DNA of 64,000 nt from Candidatus Latescibacterota bacterium (lineage in GTDB: Bacteria; Latescibacterota; UBA2968; GCA-2709665), in assembly GCA_965222075.1 (NCBI GenBank), contig OZ244937.1, positions 608,001 through 672,000 of the forward strand, given 5' to 3'. The position numbers and the translations under genes were made by a program. Below the pieces are notes generated by a model, which did not search any database, was not told the origin of the DNA, and saw only the letters and a program-made list of their open reading frames with translations. Within the stretch, counting starts at the first letter, position 1, and the number at the start of each line of letters is the position of its first letter. Below, piece after piece: positions 10,567 through 20,320 of this stretch.

Positions 10567-12576
10567 TTTCTATGTATGGTCCGATGTATTCTCATGTCCC
10601 GATTGCACTTATTCCTCAAGTTTATTCGAATTTGCAGTAGACCAATCTACATACAAGCTAAAGAATAGTTTTCTCTGTCCTTCGTGTAACGCTGAGCTTG
10701 CCAAGGAGAATCTGGACCGCGTTTGGACGACACAAACTAGGCAGGTTGGTGATGGGTTCGCAAAGGTGGCGAAATGCCAACTTGTACAAGTCTGCGCAAA
10801 ATTTGGTGACCGCACCGTTCGATTTTCTCCAACGCAGTATGACCGTGATGTGCTCAAATCTGCCGAACGAAGGGGATTCGATTGGGTCCCTAAAAAAGAA
10901 TTTCCACTTGGTCGGCAAACGCGCAAAGTAAAATCAGGCTCAGGAATAGCCACAATCGCACAGATGTTTACACCTCGTGCGCTTGCTATTATTAGTCGTG
11001 CTTGGAGTCAGATCACTGAGGTAGAACGGAGCGCTTATAATTCCCCGGCTCTCTTCTTGCTTTCTTCAACTCTAACACTTCTCTCGAAACGAGAACGCTA
11101 CCGAGATGGAACAGGAAAGGGGGCGCAGTCGGGAACCCTTTACGTTCCGTCGCTTCAGATAGAGAAGAATGCGTTTGACGTTATCGAGAGAAAGAGAAAA
11201 ACGTTTGCGGCGCTGAACCTCAAGACGAAGCGGTGCAACGCAGTCGTCACCTGCCAATCTCACAACGACCTACGAAACATAGCGTCAAATTCAATTGACT
11301 ACATCTTCACTGATCCACCGTTCGGTGAATCACTCCAGTACGGCGAGCTCAATTTCTTTCATGAGGCCTGGTTCCGTATTCACACTCGGTTGGAGAATGA
11401 TTGTGTACTTAACTACGTTCATGAGAAGGATTTAGAATTCTACAAGAGGCTAATGTCCGGAGCTTTTGGCGAGGCATATAGAATCCTCAAGCCAGGAAGG
11501 TGGATAACTGTAGAGTTCCACAACTCACAAAACAGTGTATGGATAGCAATACAAGAAGCTCTTTGGCATGCAGGATTCACTATCGCTGATGTTCGAGTAT
11601 TGGACAAGAAGCAAGGCACATTCAATGTTGTTAATCGAGCTGGTGCCGTTAAACAAGACCTCGTGATTTCTGCTTACAAACCGAACGGCGGTTTGGAGGA
11701 ACGTTTCAAGATTACTGCCGGGACGGAAGATGGACTATGGGACTTTGTCCGAACCCACCTGAAACAGCTTCCGGTTTTCGTTTCCAAGGACAGTCAAGCT
11801 GAAGTCATTGCGGAACGGCAGAACTTCCTACTCTTCGACCGCATGGTGGCTTTCCATGTCCAGCGTGGTGTAACGGTTCCCATGTCAGCAGCGGAGTTCT
11901 ACGCTGGCCTGGAACAACGCTTTCCTCTGCGCGACGGTATGTATTTCCTACCCGACCAGGCTGCGGAGTACGACAGAAAACGGATGACGGTCAAGGAGGT
12001 TCTCCAGCTTCAGTTTTTCGTTTCCGACGAGACATCGGCCATCCAGTGGCTCAAGCAGCAGCTTACCAAGAAGCCCCAGACCTTCCAGGACATCCATCCG
12101 CAGTTCCTGAAGAAAATTGGCGGCTGGCAGAAGCATGAAAAGGCTCTGGAGCTTTTCGAACTGCTGGAGCAGAACTTCCTGTGCTACGACGGCAGGGGCG
12201 AAGTGCCCAGCCAGATTCATAGCTACCTCTCCTCGAACTTCAAGGAGCTGCGCAATCTTAAAAAGGACGATCCCGCGCTAAAGGCAAAGGGTAAGAACCG
12301 CTGGTACGTGCCCGATCCGAACAAGGCCGGTGACCTGGAGAAGCTCCGCGAACGAACCCTGATGCGCGAGTTCGAGGAGTACCGTGAATCCAAACAGAGA
12401 CGCCTGAAGGTGTTTCGCCTCGAAGCCGTCCGCGCTGGATTCAAAAAGGCATGGCAGGAACGCGACTACACCACCATCATCGCCGTAGCTCAAAAAATAC
12501 CCGAAAACATTCTACAGGAAGACACCAAGCTTCTTATGTGGTACGACCAGGCGGTAACACGAACGGGAGATGAGGC

Positions 12577-15345
12577 ATGAAAGAGCGGAGATGGAACGGT
12601 GCGCGATGGTGGAAGTGTGATTTTCACACGCATACCCCGGCCTCCAACGATTATGGAAAGGGCCAGAATCAGACGGCTCTTCAGAAACGATCCGCTAAGG
12701 AATGGCTGCTCGACTATATGCGTGCCGGCGTCGATTGCATTGCGATCACAGACCATAACACCGGGGCGTGGATTGATTGTGTCAAGGTAGCACTCGGTGA
12801 ACTCGAATCAGAGAATCCGGAGGGTTTCAGACCGCTTCACGTTTTCCCGGGCGTGGAGATTTCGGTCAGCGGCGGCGTACATCTATTGGCAATTCTGGGG
12901 TGCGATAAGAAAACGTCGGACATCGACTCACTGCTCGGTGCCGTTGGATTTCCTTCTGAACACAAAGGTTCAAGCGACGCCGTCACAACAAAGTCGTTTA
13001 TTGATGTGGTCGAAACGACCGTATCGAACGGTGGCATCCCAATTCCCGCCCATGTGGATGAAGAAAACGGGCTTTTTCGATTCCAGGGGACGACATTACA
13101 GCAAATATTGCAGTGCAAGGACATTTTCGCCATAGAGCTACGGGATCCGGCGTATCAGAAACCACAGCTTTACGTCAGCGAAAAACTGCGCTGGACTGAA
13201 ATACTCGGCTCGGACGCCCATCATCCCTCTGGTGGCGCGGGACGGTCATATCCGGGCAGTCACTTCACCTGGATCAAGATGGGGTCGCCCAGTATTGAGG
13301 GGGTGCGGTTAGCCTTATTGGACGGTGCGCTTTCCGTACGCCGGTCCGACCAGGATACGGATGACCCAAACGAACACGCGCCGTTTGCGTTGGATTCTAT
13401 TGAGGTTTCACAAGCACGCTACATGGGTCATTCCCAATCCTTCACTATTGGGTTCAACCCCTGGTTCAACGCTATCATCGGAGGCCGGGGCACAGGTAAA
13501 TCGACTGTTGTCGAGTTCCTTCGTATTGCCCTTCGACGGGAGGCTGAATTGCCGGAGACGTTGCAACCGGAGTTTGAACAGTATAACCGAGTCTATCAAG
13601 ACCGAGAAGACAGCGGACTGCTTACAGAAGATGCTGCCATCCGAGTGATTTGTCGGAAAGACGGCGACCGGTTTCGCGTCCAGTGGAATTCGGTCGGCGA
13701 CCTTGAACCTATCGAACGAGAAGTAAATGGACAATGGCGACGTACAGAAGGCGATATTCAGCAACGATTTCCCGTGCGAATCTACAGCCAGAAGCAAGTG
13801 TTCCAACTTGCCAAAACGCCGCTTGCGTTGCTTAAAGTTATCGATGAGGCCCCCGATGTCGATCAGCATTCCTGGTCTGAAAAATGGAAGATACAGGAAA
13901 GCCGGTTTCTTTCCCTGCGCGCCAGAGCCAGAGAAATCACGGCAGGTCTTGCAGAGGAACCGCGTCTTCGGGGGGAGTTGGACGACGTCAAACGAAAGCT
14001 GGATATCTTTGAACAGTCGGGACACGCCGAGATCCTTAAGGCCTTTCAAGAACGGACCCGCCAACAGCGAGAGGTCGCGGAGTGGGAAAAAAGCTGGACT
14101 GGTGTAGGAACGCGGTTGCGTAAAGTCGCGGCCTCAATCGTGCCGGATCATTTGGATGAGACCTCTTTCAACTCAGATTTAGCCTCAGACCATGAATTGC
14201 GAGGGCGCGCCGCCAAGACGCACAACCACTTGGATGAAATCCGCAAATCGGTCGAAGATCTTGCATCGAAAGCGGATAAAGTTGTCGCCGAGTGGCGAGA
14301 AAGCAAGGATGATTCATCTTGGAAACAGAGCGTTGATGCTGCCACGCAAGCCTACCAGGAATTGACAGAGAATCTGTCTCAAAAAGGGGCCGGCGACCCT
14401 GCGGCTTACGGCGAATTCGTACAGCGTCGGCAAGTCATTGAGCAGCGGCTGAAGGAACTGGACGAGCGAAAAAAACAGGTTGATGATCTGAACGGTGAGG
14501 CAGATACGTGCTTGCAGCATTTGCTGGAAATTCGCCGGGAGTTGACTGCGTCTCGACGAAAGTTCCTCAAGGCCGTCCTGAGCGGCAACCAGTATGTCCA
14601 GATACAGGTTGTTCCTTATGGAGCGTACGAAATGGTCGAAAGCGAGTTTCGACGATTACTCCAAAGAGGAGACGGAGGTTTTGAGAAAGACATCGGGTCG
14701 CCGAATGGCGGGGGATTGCTTGGTGAACTTTATAGGAACGGCAATGGTGCCGAGGATGTTGAACAGAATCTTGCGAGCATCAAGGACAAGATCAGGAAGA
14801 TTATCTTGAAACAATACGATACGGGAGCATTGGCAGACAAACGTTTCGCGACCCACATTGACAGACTCCCGCCCGAAGCCATTGACCGCCTCGACCTGTG
14901 GTTTCCGGAAGATTCTTTAGAGGTTCAATACAGCGCAATGGGCGATGGACAGCGTTTCCGGTCAATACAGGAAGGCTCGCCCGGCCAGAAGACCGCGGCG
15001 CTCCTGGCTTTTCTGCTTTCCTACGGTGATGAACCACTGATTATGGACCAGCCGGAGGACGATTTGGACAACCACCTGATCTATGACTTGATCGTAACCC
15101 AATTGCGGGAGGTCAAACGCCGTCGACAGGTCATTGTGGTCACGCACAACGCGAATATCGTCGTCAATGGTGACGCCGAATTGGTAGTAGCCCTCGCCGC
15201 GCGTGGCGGGGAAACACAGAAAGAGTGCGAAGGCAGTCTGCAGGAGCAACAGGTAAGAGAGACGATTTGTGCAGTGATGGAGGGTGGACGCAAGGCCTTT
15301 GAAGATCGCTACCGGCGCATCGCACTGGAAGGACGCCATGTTTAA
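12577..15345 (+). CDS. PHP phosphoesterase + SMC/ABC-type ATPase fusion (Ppl/TrlF-like putative anti-phage protein)
   Basis: PHP metal motifs CDFHTHT, ITDHN, GVEI, AHVD, SDAH. Walker A GGRGTGKS, coiled coil, signature SPGQ, Walker B IMDQPEDDLD, H-loop VTHN. ATGA overlap with pglXI. Confidence 0.85.
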   Translation: MKERRWNGARWWKCDFHTHTPASNDYGKGQNQTALQKRSAKEWLLDYMRAGVDCIAITDHNTGAWIDCVKVALGELESENPEGFRPLHVFPGVEISVSGGVHLLAILGCDKKTSDIDSLLGAVGFPSEHKGSSDAVTTKSFIDVVETTVSNGGIPIPAHVDEENGLFRFQGTTLQQILQCKDIFAIELRDPAYQKPQLYVSEKLRWTEILGSDAHHPSGGAGRSYPGSHFTWIKMGSPSIEGVRLALLDGALSVRRSDQDTDDPNEHAPFALDSIEVSQARYMGHSQSFTIGFNPWFNAIIGGRGTGKSTVVEFLRIALRREAELPETLQPEFEQYNRVYQDREDSGLLTEDAAIRVICRKDGDRFRVQWNSVGDLEPIEREVNGQWRRTEGDIQQRFPVRIYSQKQVFQLAKTPLALLKVIDEAPDVDQHSWSEKWKIQESRFLSLRARAREITAGLAEEPRLRGELDDVKRKLDIFEQSGHAEILKAFQERTRQQREVAEWEKSWTGVGTRLRKVAASIVPDHLDETSFNSDLASDHELRGRAAKTHNHLDEIRKSVEDLASKADKVVAEWRESKDDSSWKQSVDAATQAYQELTENLSQKGAGDPAAYGEFVQRRQVIEQRLKELDERKKQVDDLNGEADTCLQHLLEIRRELTASRRKFLKAVLSGNQYVQIQVVPYGAYEMVESEFRRLLQRGDGGFEKDIGSPNGGGLLGELYRNGNGAEDVEQNLASIKDKIRKIILKQYDTGALADKRFATHIDRLPPEAIDRLDLWFPEDSLEVQYSAMGDGQRFRSIQEGSPGQKTAALLAFLLSYGDEPLIMDQPEDDLDNHLIYDLIVTQLREVKRRRQVIVVTHNANIVVNGDAELVVALAARGGETQKECEGSLQEQQVRETICAVMEGGRKAFEDRYRRIALEGRHV

Positions 15346-16594
15346 CAGCCTGGAAGAACTGCTGCAGAAGATACGCCTTGGAGAAGATACTTCGCTGGAA
15401 CTCAAGGCCGTCCGGTTCAGGGGCGGGCGGGTTTCCGATCCGAGTCGCAATGCTCTGGCCGACGAGCTGGCGGCTATCGCCAATACGCACGACGGTGTGC
15501 TTGTTCTGGGTGTGGACGACAAGACGCGAGACATCGTCGGCATTCCGATAGATGGCCTCGAAACCGTTGAACGCTATGTCTATGAAATCTGCAATGAGAG
15601 CATCAAACCGCCTGTTTTGTTCCGCTCGTTTCGCATGCAACTTCCCGACAGTACCGGTGCTTTGCAAGCGGTGCTCAAAATAGAGATTCCACGCAGTCTT
15701 TTCGTTCACAACAGTTCAGGGAGATATTTCTATCGGCAAGGAAGTTCAATACGAGAGATGCCCTCCGATTACCTGGCACGGCTGTTTCAGCAGCGAAGCC
15801 AGGCCCGCTTGATTCGATTCGAGGAACAGCCGGTACCGCAATCGGGTATCGACGATTTATCGGAAAAACTGTGGACCAACTATACATCACGATCCGATGA
15901 ATCCGATGACATCGTGCTCCTTAAACGCGGTCTTTTGTCGAAGGAAGAAGGCGGTGCAGTGCGGGCTTCGGTCGCCGGTGTTTTGTTCTGCTGCGGGGAG
16001 CCAGAGCGCTTTTTGCCCAATGCCTATATTGAAGCCGTGCGCTATCGCGGGAAAAAGCAGGATTCCAATTATCAGGTAGACGCCCAAAAAATTTACGGCC
16101 CGCTGAATCAACAGATTGAACAAGCAATGACCTTTCTCAGGAAAAACCAGACGGTCTCAGCCGTAAAAATTCCGCATCGGGTCGAAGTGCAGCAGTTCAG
16201 CGAAAGAGCGGTTTTTGAAGCGATTGTCAATGCTGTGGCTCACCGCGATTATTCCATTTTCGCCTCGAAAATACGGTTCTTTATGTTTGAAGATCGGTTG
16301 GAAATCTACTCGCCAGGCACTCTCCCGAATACCGTGACCATTGACAGCATCTCCCTCCGTCAGGCTACCCGAAACGAACTGATTACCAATCTGCTTGCAG
16401 AGACGTCAGTGGCGGAAACGGTCGGCAATGTGGGACGTAGTTTTTATATGGAAAAGCGGGGCGAGGGTGTTCCAATCATTTTAGACGAGAGTGAAAAACT
16501 TTCCGGAAAGAAGCCAGTTTATCGACTTATTGACGACTCCGAACTGTTACTAACCATTTTTTCGGGGAGTATGGAACGTGCGGATGAGCATTGA
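15338..16594 (+). CDS. Schlafen/AlbA_2 domain + HATPase_c_4 ATP-binding protein
   Basis: GEDTSLELK and AAIANTHDGVLVLGVDD (AlbA_2). EAIVNAVAHRDY, RLEIYSPG and RN..I (HATPase_c_4). Overlaps the upstream stop codon. Confidence 0.85.
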   Translation: MFNSLEELLQKIRLGEDTSLELKAVRFRGGRVSDPSRNALADELAAIANTHDGVLVLGVDDKTRDIVGIPIDGLETVERYVYEICNESIKPPVLFRSFRMQLPDSTGALQAVLKIEIPRSLFVHNSSGRYFYRQGSSIREMPSDYLARLFQQRSQARLIRFEEQPVPQSGIDDLSEKLWTNYTSRSDESDDIVLLKRGLLSKEEGGAVRASVAGVLFCCGEPERFLPNAYIEAVRYRGKKQDSNYQVDAQKIYGPLNQQIEQAMTFLRKNQTVSAVKIPHRVEVQQFSERAVFEAIVNAVAHRDYSIFASKIRFFMFEDRLEIYSPGTLPNTVTIDSISLRQATRNELITNLLAETSVAETVGNVGRSFYMEKRGEGVPIILDESEKLSGKKPVYRLIDDSELLLTIFSGSMERADEH

Positions 16595-16627
16595 TGCAAG
16601 CGGTTGATGTTCAGGATCGGATGCACA

Positions 16628-18634
16628 ATGAGTAACTGGCGCGACCAGATCCTAAAAGAATTTACTCCCAACGTAGCCCCTCTGACCCTGGTCGCCGACC
16701 CTGATGGGCTGCTTTTGGAAGAAGGTATTCTTGCGGGTATACGCGAGCGGGGCTTTGAACTGATTCCGTTCGAGGACCCTATCGCCTTTCGGTATGCCTA
16801 CGAATCCAGGTTCCGTTCCCGCTGGGACCAGGGTGAGCAGACGGACTTGGTGGTCGTACTGCACTCCGCGGCGAGCGATCTCAACTGCTTGCCATACGAC
16901 CTGCTCCAAGCCGGTCGTCGGCTGTCGTTCAGCCTTGGCGAGATTTTTCCCAACCTGAGCTACCCCATTATTACCGCCCTGGACCGTAGAGATCTGGACG
17001 CGCTCTACGAAGCTCAGAAGCGGCACGCTCCCGGTGTGCTGGGCGATAACGCCACAAAGGAATTTGTTCTGCGGCATGTTTTCGAAATTGCACCGGAGCT
17101 CATCAGAAAGCCGTCCGATCTGCTGCGCGTGCTCCTGCGTCGCCATTACCGGAAACAGCGCATCCCGGCTCTGCTTGATGAACGCTTTGTTCAGGTTCTC
17201 CGCCAACAGGACGGTTTTGATGATTGGCCCCTCGAAACGATCATCCCGGATCGGGAGGCTTTTTTCGCCTTTCTCCAGGAACGCTGGCCCACCTTTCTCA
17301 ATCGGTCGGCAAAACAGGATAGCACTGGTGTTCACGAGGATGAGAAACCCTACGGCTTTGAGTTCCCCGGTCCTTCGGATTTGCCCTTCGACCATGATGA
17401 CATTCGTGTCTACATCGACAACCTGTTCCTTGAAGGGCTTCTCGAACCCGTACCCCACGAGCAAGCCGAATCCTTGTCGAACTCCTGGCTCGCCATTGGC
17501 ATCCGGACGGACGACCAGGCGGACCGGACGCGCCGGGTGGATGGTCTCCTCAAAGCCTTGGCATCCGACATTCCGAAGGAGGACACGCGGCACGACGACT
17601 GGTTCCGCTTCGCCGGAACCTGGGCCGAACTGGTTGTTCTGGCTCTGGATTCGGATGCGATGTTGCCGGAGCCAGCCCGTCAGAAGATAGAAGCGCTCCA
17701 AGCTCAAATCGATGCCACGCTCCTGCCCTGGCTGACAAAACGCTACGCGGGGTTAGCCAACCTGCCGCCGGTTCCGCCGGTCATGCTTCACCACATTCCT
17801 CGCTTTCTTTCCAGGCACATCAACGACGCCAAGAAACACAAGGTGGCGCTCGTCCTGGTGGACGGCCTTTCGCTGGATCAGTGGATCGTAATCCGAAAGG
17901 AGCTTGCCAGGCAACGCCCCAAATATCGGTTCCGGGAAAACGCAGTGATTGCCTGGATTCCGACCATCACGTCTGTTTCGCGTCAGGCGGCCTTTGCAGG
18001 AAAGCCACCCATCTATTTTCCGAACAGCATCCATACGACGGACAAAGAGCCGGCATTGTGGGCGCAATTCTGGGTGGACCAGGGGTTGACACAGCAAGAA
18101 ATCGCATACGCCAGGGGGCTGGGTGACGGCCCCCTGGAAAGTGTGGAGGAGATTGTTGCCCGGCCAAGGACACGCGTCGTCGGTCTGGTTGTCGATAAGG
18201 TGGACAAAATCATGCACGGCATGGAACTCGGCGCTGCGGGGATGCACAACCAGGTCCGACAGTGGGCCCGTCAAGGGTTCATAGCGAATCTTGTCGATCT
18301 GCTTCTGGAAAACGGATTCCGTGTCTACCTGGCTTCGGATCATGGAAACATCGAGGCGGCCGGGTGTGGCCGTCCTGCTGAGGGAGCCGTTGCCGACGTG
18401 CGCGGTGAGCGCGCTCGAATTTACCCCGAACCATTGCTGCGCGATCAGGTCAAAGAGCGATTTCCAGAAGCTATTGATTGGCCACCAATTGGACTGCCGG
18501 AAGACTATTGGCCTCTGCTCGGCCCCGGCCGCTCCGCGTTTGTACGTGAGACCGAGCGCCTTGTCGGTCACGGCGGAGCATCGCTTGAAGAACTGGTCGT
18601 CCCTCTTGTTCAAATCGAAAGGAGGGACACATGA
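16628..18634 (+). CDS. pglZ: BREX-3 PglZ alkaline-phosphatase-fold protein
   Basis: Motifs LVADPDGLL, LVDGL, PTITSVSRQA, SDHGN and HGG.S.EE. Confidence 0.9.
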   Translation: MSNWRDQILKEFTPNVAPLTLVADPDGLLLEEGILAGIRERGFELIPFEDPIAFRYAYESRFRSRWDQGEQTDLVVVLHSAASDLNCLPYDLLQAGRRLSFSLGEIFPNLSYPIITALDRRDLDALYEAQKRHAPGVLGDNATKEFVLRHVFEIAPELIRKPSDLLRVLLRRHYRKQRIPALLDERFVQVLRQQDGFDDWPLETIIPDREAFFAFLQERWPTFLNRSAKQDSTGVHEDEKPYGFEFPGPSDLPFDHDDIRVYIDNLFLEGLLEPVPHEQAESLSNSWLAIGIRTDDQADRTRRVDGLLKALASDIPKEDTRHDDWFRFAGTWAELVVLALDSDAMLPEPARQKIEALQAQIDATLLPWLTKRYAGLANLPPVPPVMLHHIPRFLSRHINDAKKHKVALVLVDGLSLDQWIVIRKELARQRPKYRFRENAVIAWIPTITSVSRQAAFAGKPPIYFPNSIHTTDKEPALWAQFWVDQGLTQQEIAYARGLGDGPLESVEEIVARPRTRVVGLVVDKVDKIMHGMELGAAGMHNQVRQWARQGFIANLVDLLLENGFRVYLASDHGNIEAAGCGRPAEGAVADVRGERARIYPEPLLRDQVKERFPEAIDWPPIGLPEDYWPLLGPGRSAFVRETERLVGHGGASLEELVVPLVQIERRDT

Positions 18635-19413
18635 ACGGACGGAAAACTCAGATCGGCTTCAGCCAACGTATCCGACTTGAGTGGTTCGAACAAACAGCCA
18701 ATTTGATACTTGCTGGGAACGACAAGACCATAATCAACGATACACTCCAGGATCTATTGCGGGACAAGGTATCCGTCGGTGGTAAATCCATTAGGGGCAA
18801 CAGGGAAAGGGTAATTACTATTCTGTTGAAGACTTGGCTCACCGTTTCTCGTGAACTGGAACAGCTACGGGACGAGGGCCTGGAAATACTCCAGGGTCTC
18901 CCCCGCAAAGACAGAATTGCTGTTCACTGGGCTATGGCGCTGGCAGCTTATCCCTTTTGGGGCGTGGTCGCCGCGCACACGGGCAGGCTCTTGCGGCTTC
19001 AAGGAACAGCCGCGGCAGCGCATGTTCAGCGACGGATCAAGGAGGAATACGGAGAACGCGAAACCGCATCACGGGCTGCTCGGCGTGTGCTTCGTTCGTT
19101 CATCGATTGGGGTGTCTTGAACGAGACGAATGACAAAGGCGTCTATGAACAAGGGAAACAATACTCGGTTGAGGAACCCAGGCTCATCGCCTGGATGGTG
19201 GAGGCGTCTCTCCGTGCTCGTTCGAACGGTTCTGCCGCTATAAGAGACCTGCTAGACAGTCCAAGCATCTTTCCATTCCACCTGGCCCACATCTCAGCCG
19301 AGCATGTGGCATCCCTCTCACCTCGCCTGGATATCCTACGGCACGGTCTGGATGATGATCTTGTGATGCTGTGTGAAGAAGGTCAGGCCGGCGTGAAGAG
19401 AGGGGCAAAATGA
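18631..19413 (+). CDS. brxA: BREX-3 BrxA-like protein
   Basis: Last gene of the operon, ATGA-coupled to pglZ. Pattern HW.M.LA.YPF...RRVLRSFIDWG. Position expected for brxA. Confidence 0.7.
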   Translation: MNGRKTQIGFSQRIRLEWFEQTANLILAGNDKTIINDTLQDLLRDKVSVGGKSIRGNRERVITILLKTWLTVSRELEQLRDEGLEILQGLPRKDRIAVHWAMALAAYPFWGVVAAHTGRLLRLQGTAAAAHVQRRIKEEYGERETASRAARRVLRSFIDWGVLNETNDKGVYEQGKQYSVEEPRLIAWMVEASLRARSNGSAAIRDLLDSPSIFPFHLAHISAEHVASLSPRLDILRHGLDDDLVMLCEEGQAGVKRGAK

Positions 19414-19455
19414 CCTTTACTGTCTGCCCTTCAGAGCAGATGGGGTGGGAGTGGA

Positions 19456-20262
19456 ATGGCCAATTTCTTTGAACAGGTTCAAGAAAAGGTCGAGCGTCGG
19501 ATTTCTAAACGTGTGCTCAAGGCCGTCGCGTCTCTGTTTACTGCCTCCCTCCTGCTGATGGTCCTGGGAGGGACCGCCGCCACCTTGGAATACCGGACCA
19601 ACTGGATTGCAAAGTGGGTCGGCAATGTGTTAACAGATACCAATGCCCGCCGGCGCACAGTAGGAGGTGTCTGGGTGCAGCTTCGGGCGCGGGCGGAGGC
19701 GCAGGAGACGTTCGACGGTGGGGCAGCGGTTTCTCTGCCCGAAAGTAGAGAGGGGCTTCCGGAGGCGGTCTCGGCCGGCCGGTTTGAGATGGAGCGGGTA
19801 CCGGAAACGGGGATGCCCGGGTTCGTGGCGGTCTGGCGGACTCCCATTGGCTCAGGAGAGCAGCGGGATATGCCTGAATTGGTGGAGAGTCTGCGGATTT
19901 TCCGGGCGGGTCTGGCGCTGCTGGAGGCAGCCGCGCTTCCGGATGTGCGGTATCGAGGGCGGGTGCAGCAGGAGGTTGCAGCGCTCTACCGGCAGGTGGG
20001 GGGGGTGGACGAAGTGGTGCAGGTCGCTGCGGATTCGGTGGTGGCGGCGGTTGCTGCGGAACTGGCACGGGAGATTACGGACCGGCTGCGGCGTGAGGAG
20101 CAGGCGGTGGTGCTAAAGGATTATCGGGCCGGTCGCGTGGGCCAGATCCTCCTGCAGCGGGGGCTGGGGCGCTATGAGGGGGAGGTCTCCTACCATGACC
20201 CGGAAACACCAGGCGTAAGCTTTGAGATTGCGCCGGAACAGGTAGCCCGGATTTTCCGGTGA
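19456..20262 (+). CDS. Hypothetical membrane-anchored protein
   Basis: N-terminal hydrophobic helix, host-like codon usage, upstream of PBP1A. Confidence 0.6.
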   Translation: MANFFEQVQEKVERRISKRVLKAVASLFTASLLLMVLGGTAATLEYRTNWIAKWVGNVLTDTNARRRTVGGVWVQLRARAEAQETFDGGAAVSLPESREGLPEAVSAGRFEMERVPETGMPGFVAVWRTPIGSGEQRDMPELVESLRIFRAGLALLEAAALPDVRYRGRVQQEVAALYRQVGGVDEVVQVAADSVVAAVAAELAREITDRLRREEQAVVLKDYRAGRVGQILLQRGLGRYEGEVSYHDPETPGVSFEIAPEQVARIFR

Positions 20263-20320
20263 GGCAGGGATCATCCTGGGGGGGGGGGGAGGATTTTCCG
20301 TGCAGATCCGTAAACATAAA

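Larger units (their letters stand above)
8226..12580 (+). pseudogene. pglXI: BREX-3 DNA methyltransferase PglXI, interrupted by an IS at 9007-10566
   Basis: The N-part has YHTKVPH and motif I DGFGGTGM; the C-part has motif IV DYIFTDPPF. Removing the IS and one TSD copy restores ...GRALFY|VWSDVFSCPDC in frame (928 aa). Confidence 0.88.

Noticed and set aside
10484-12580. 698-aa ORF as an independent methyltransferase
   Set aside because: Its first ~28 codons are IS sequence. It is the C-half of interrupted pglXI and lacks motif I.
16584-16635. Possible fused remnant of brxHII ends before pglZ
   Set aside because: Too short to establish homology by eye.
20278-20289. G12 tract before PBP1A as a phase-variation switch (also G runs at ~38727-38744)
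   Set aside because: Intergenic, not in an identifiable promoter spacer, and G runs are common in this window.
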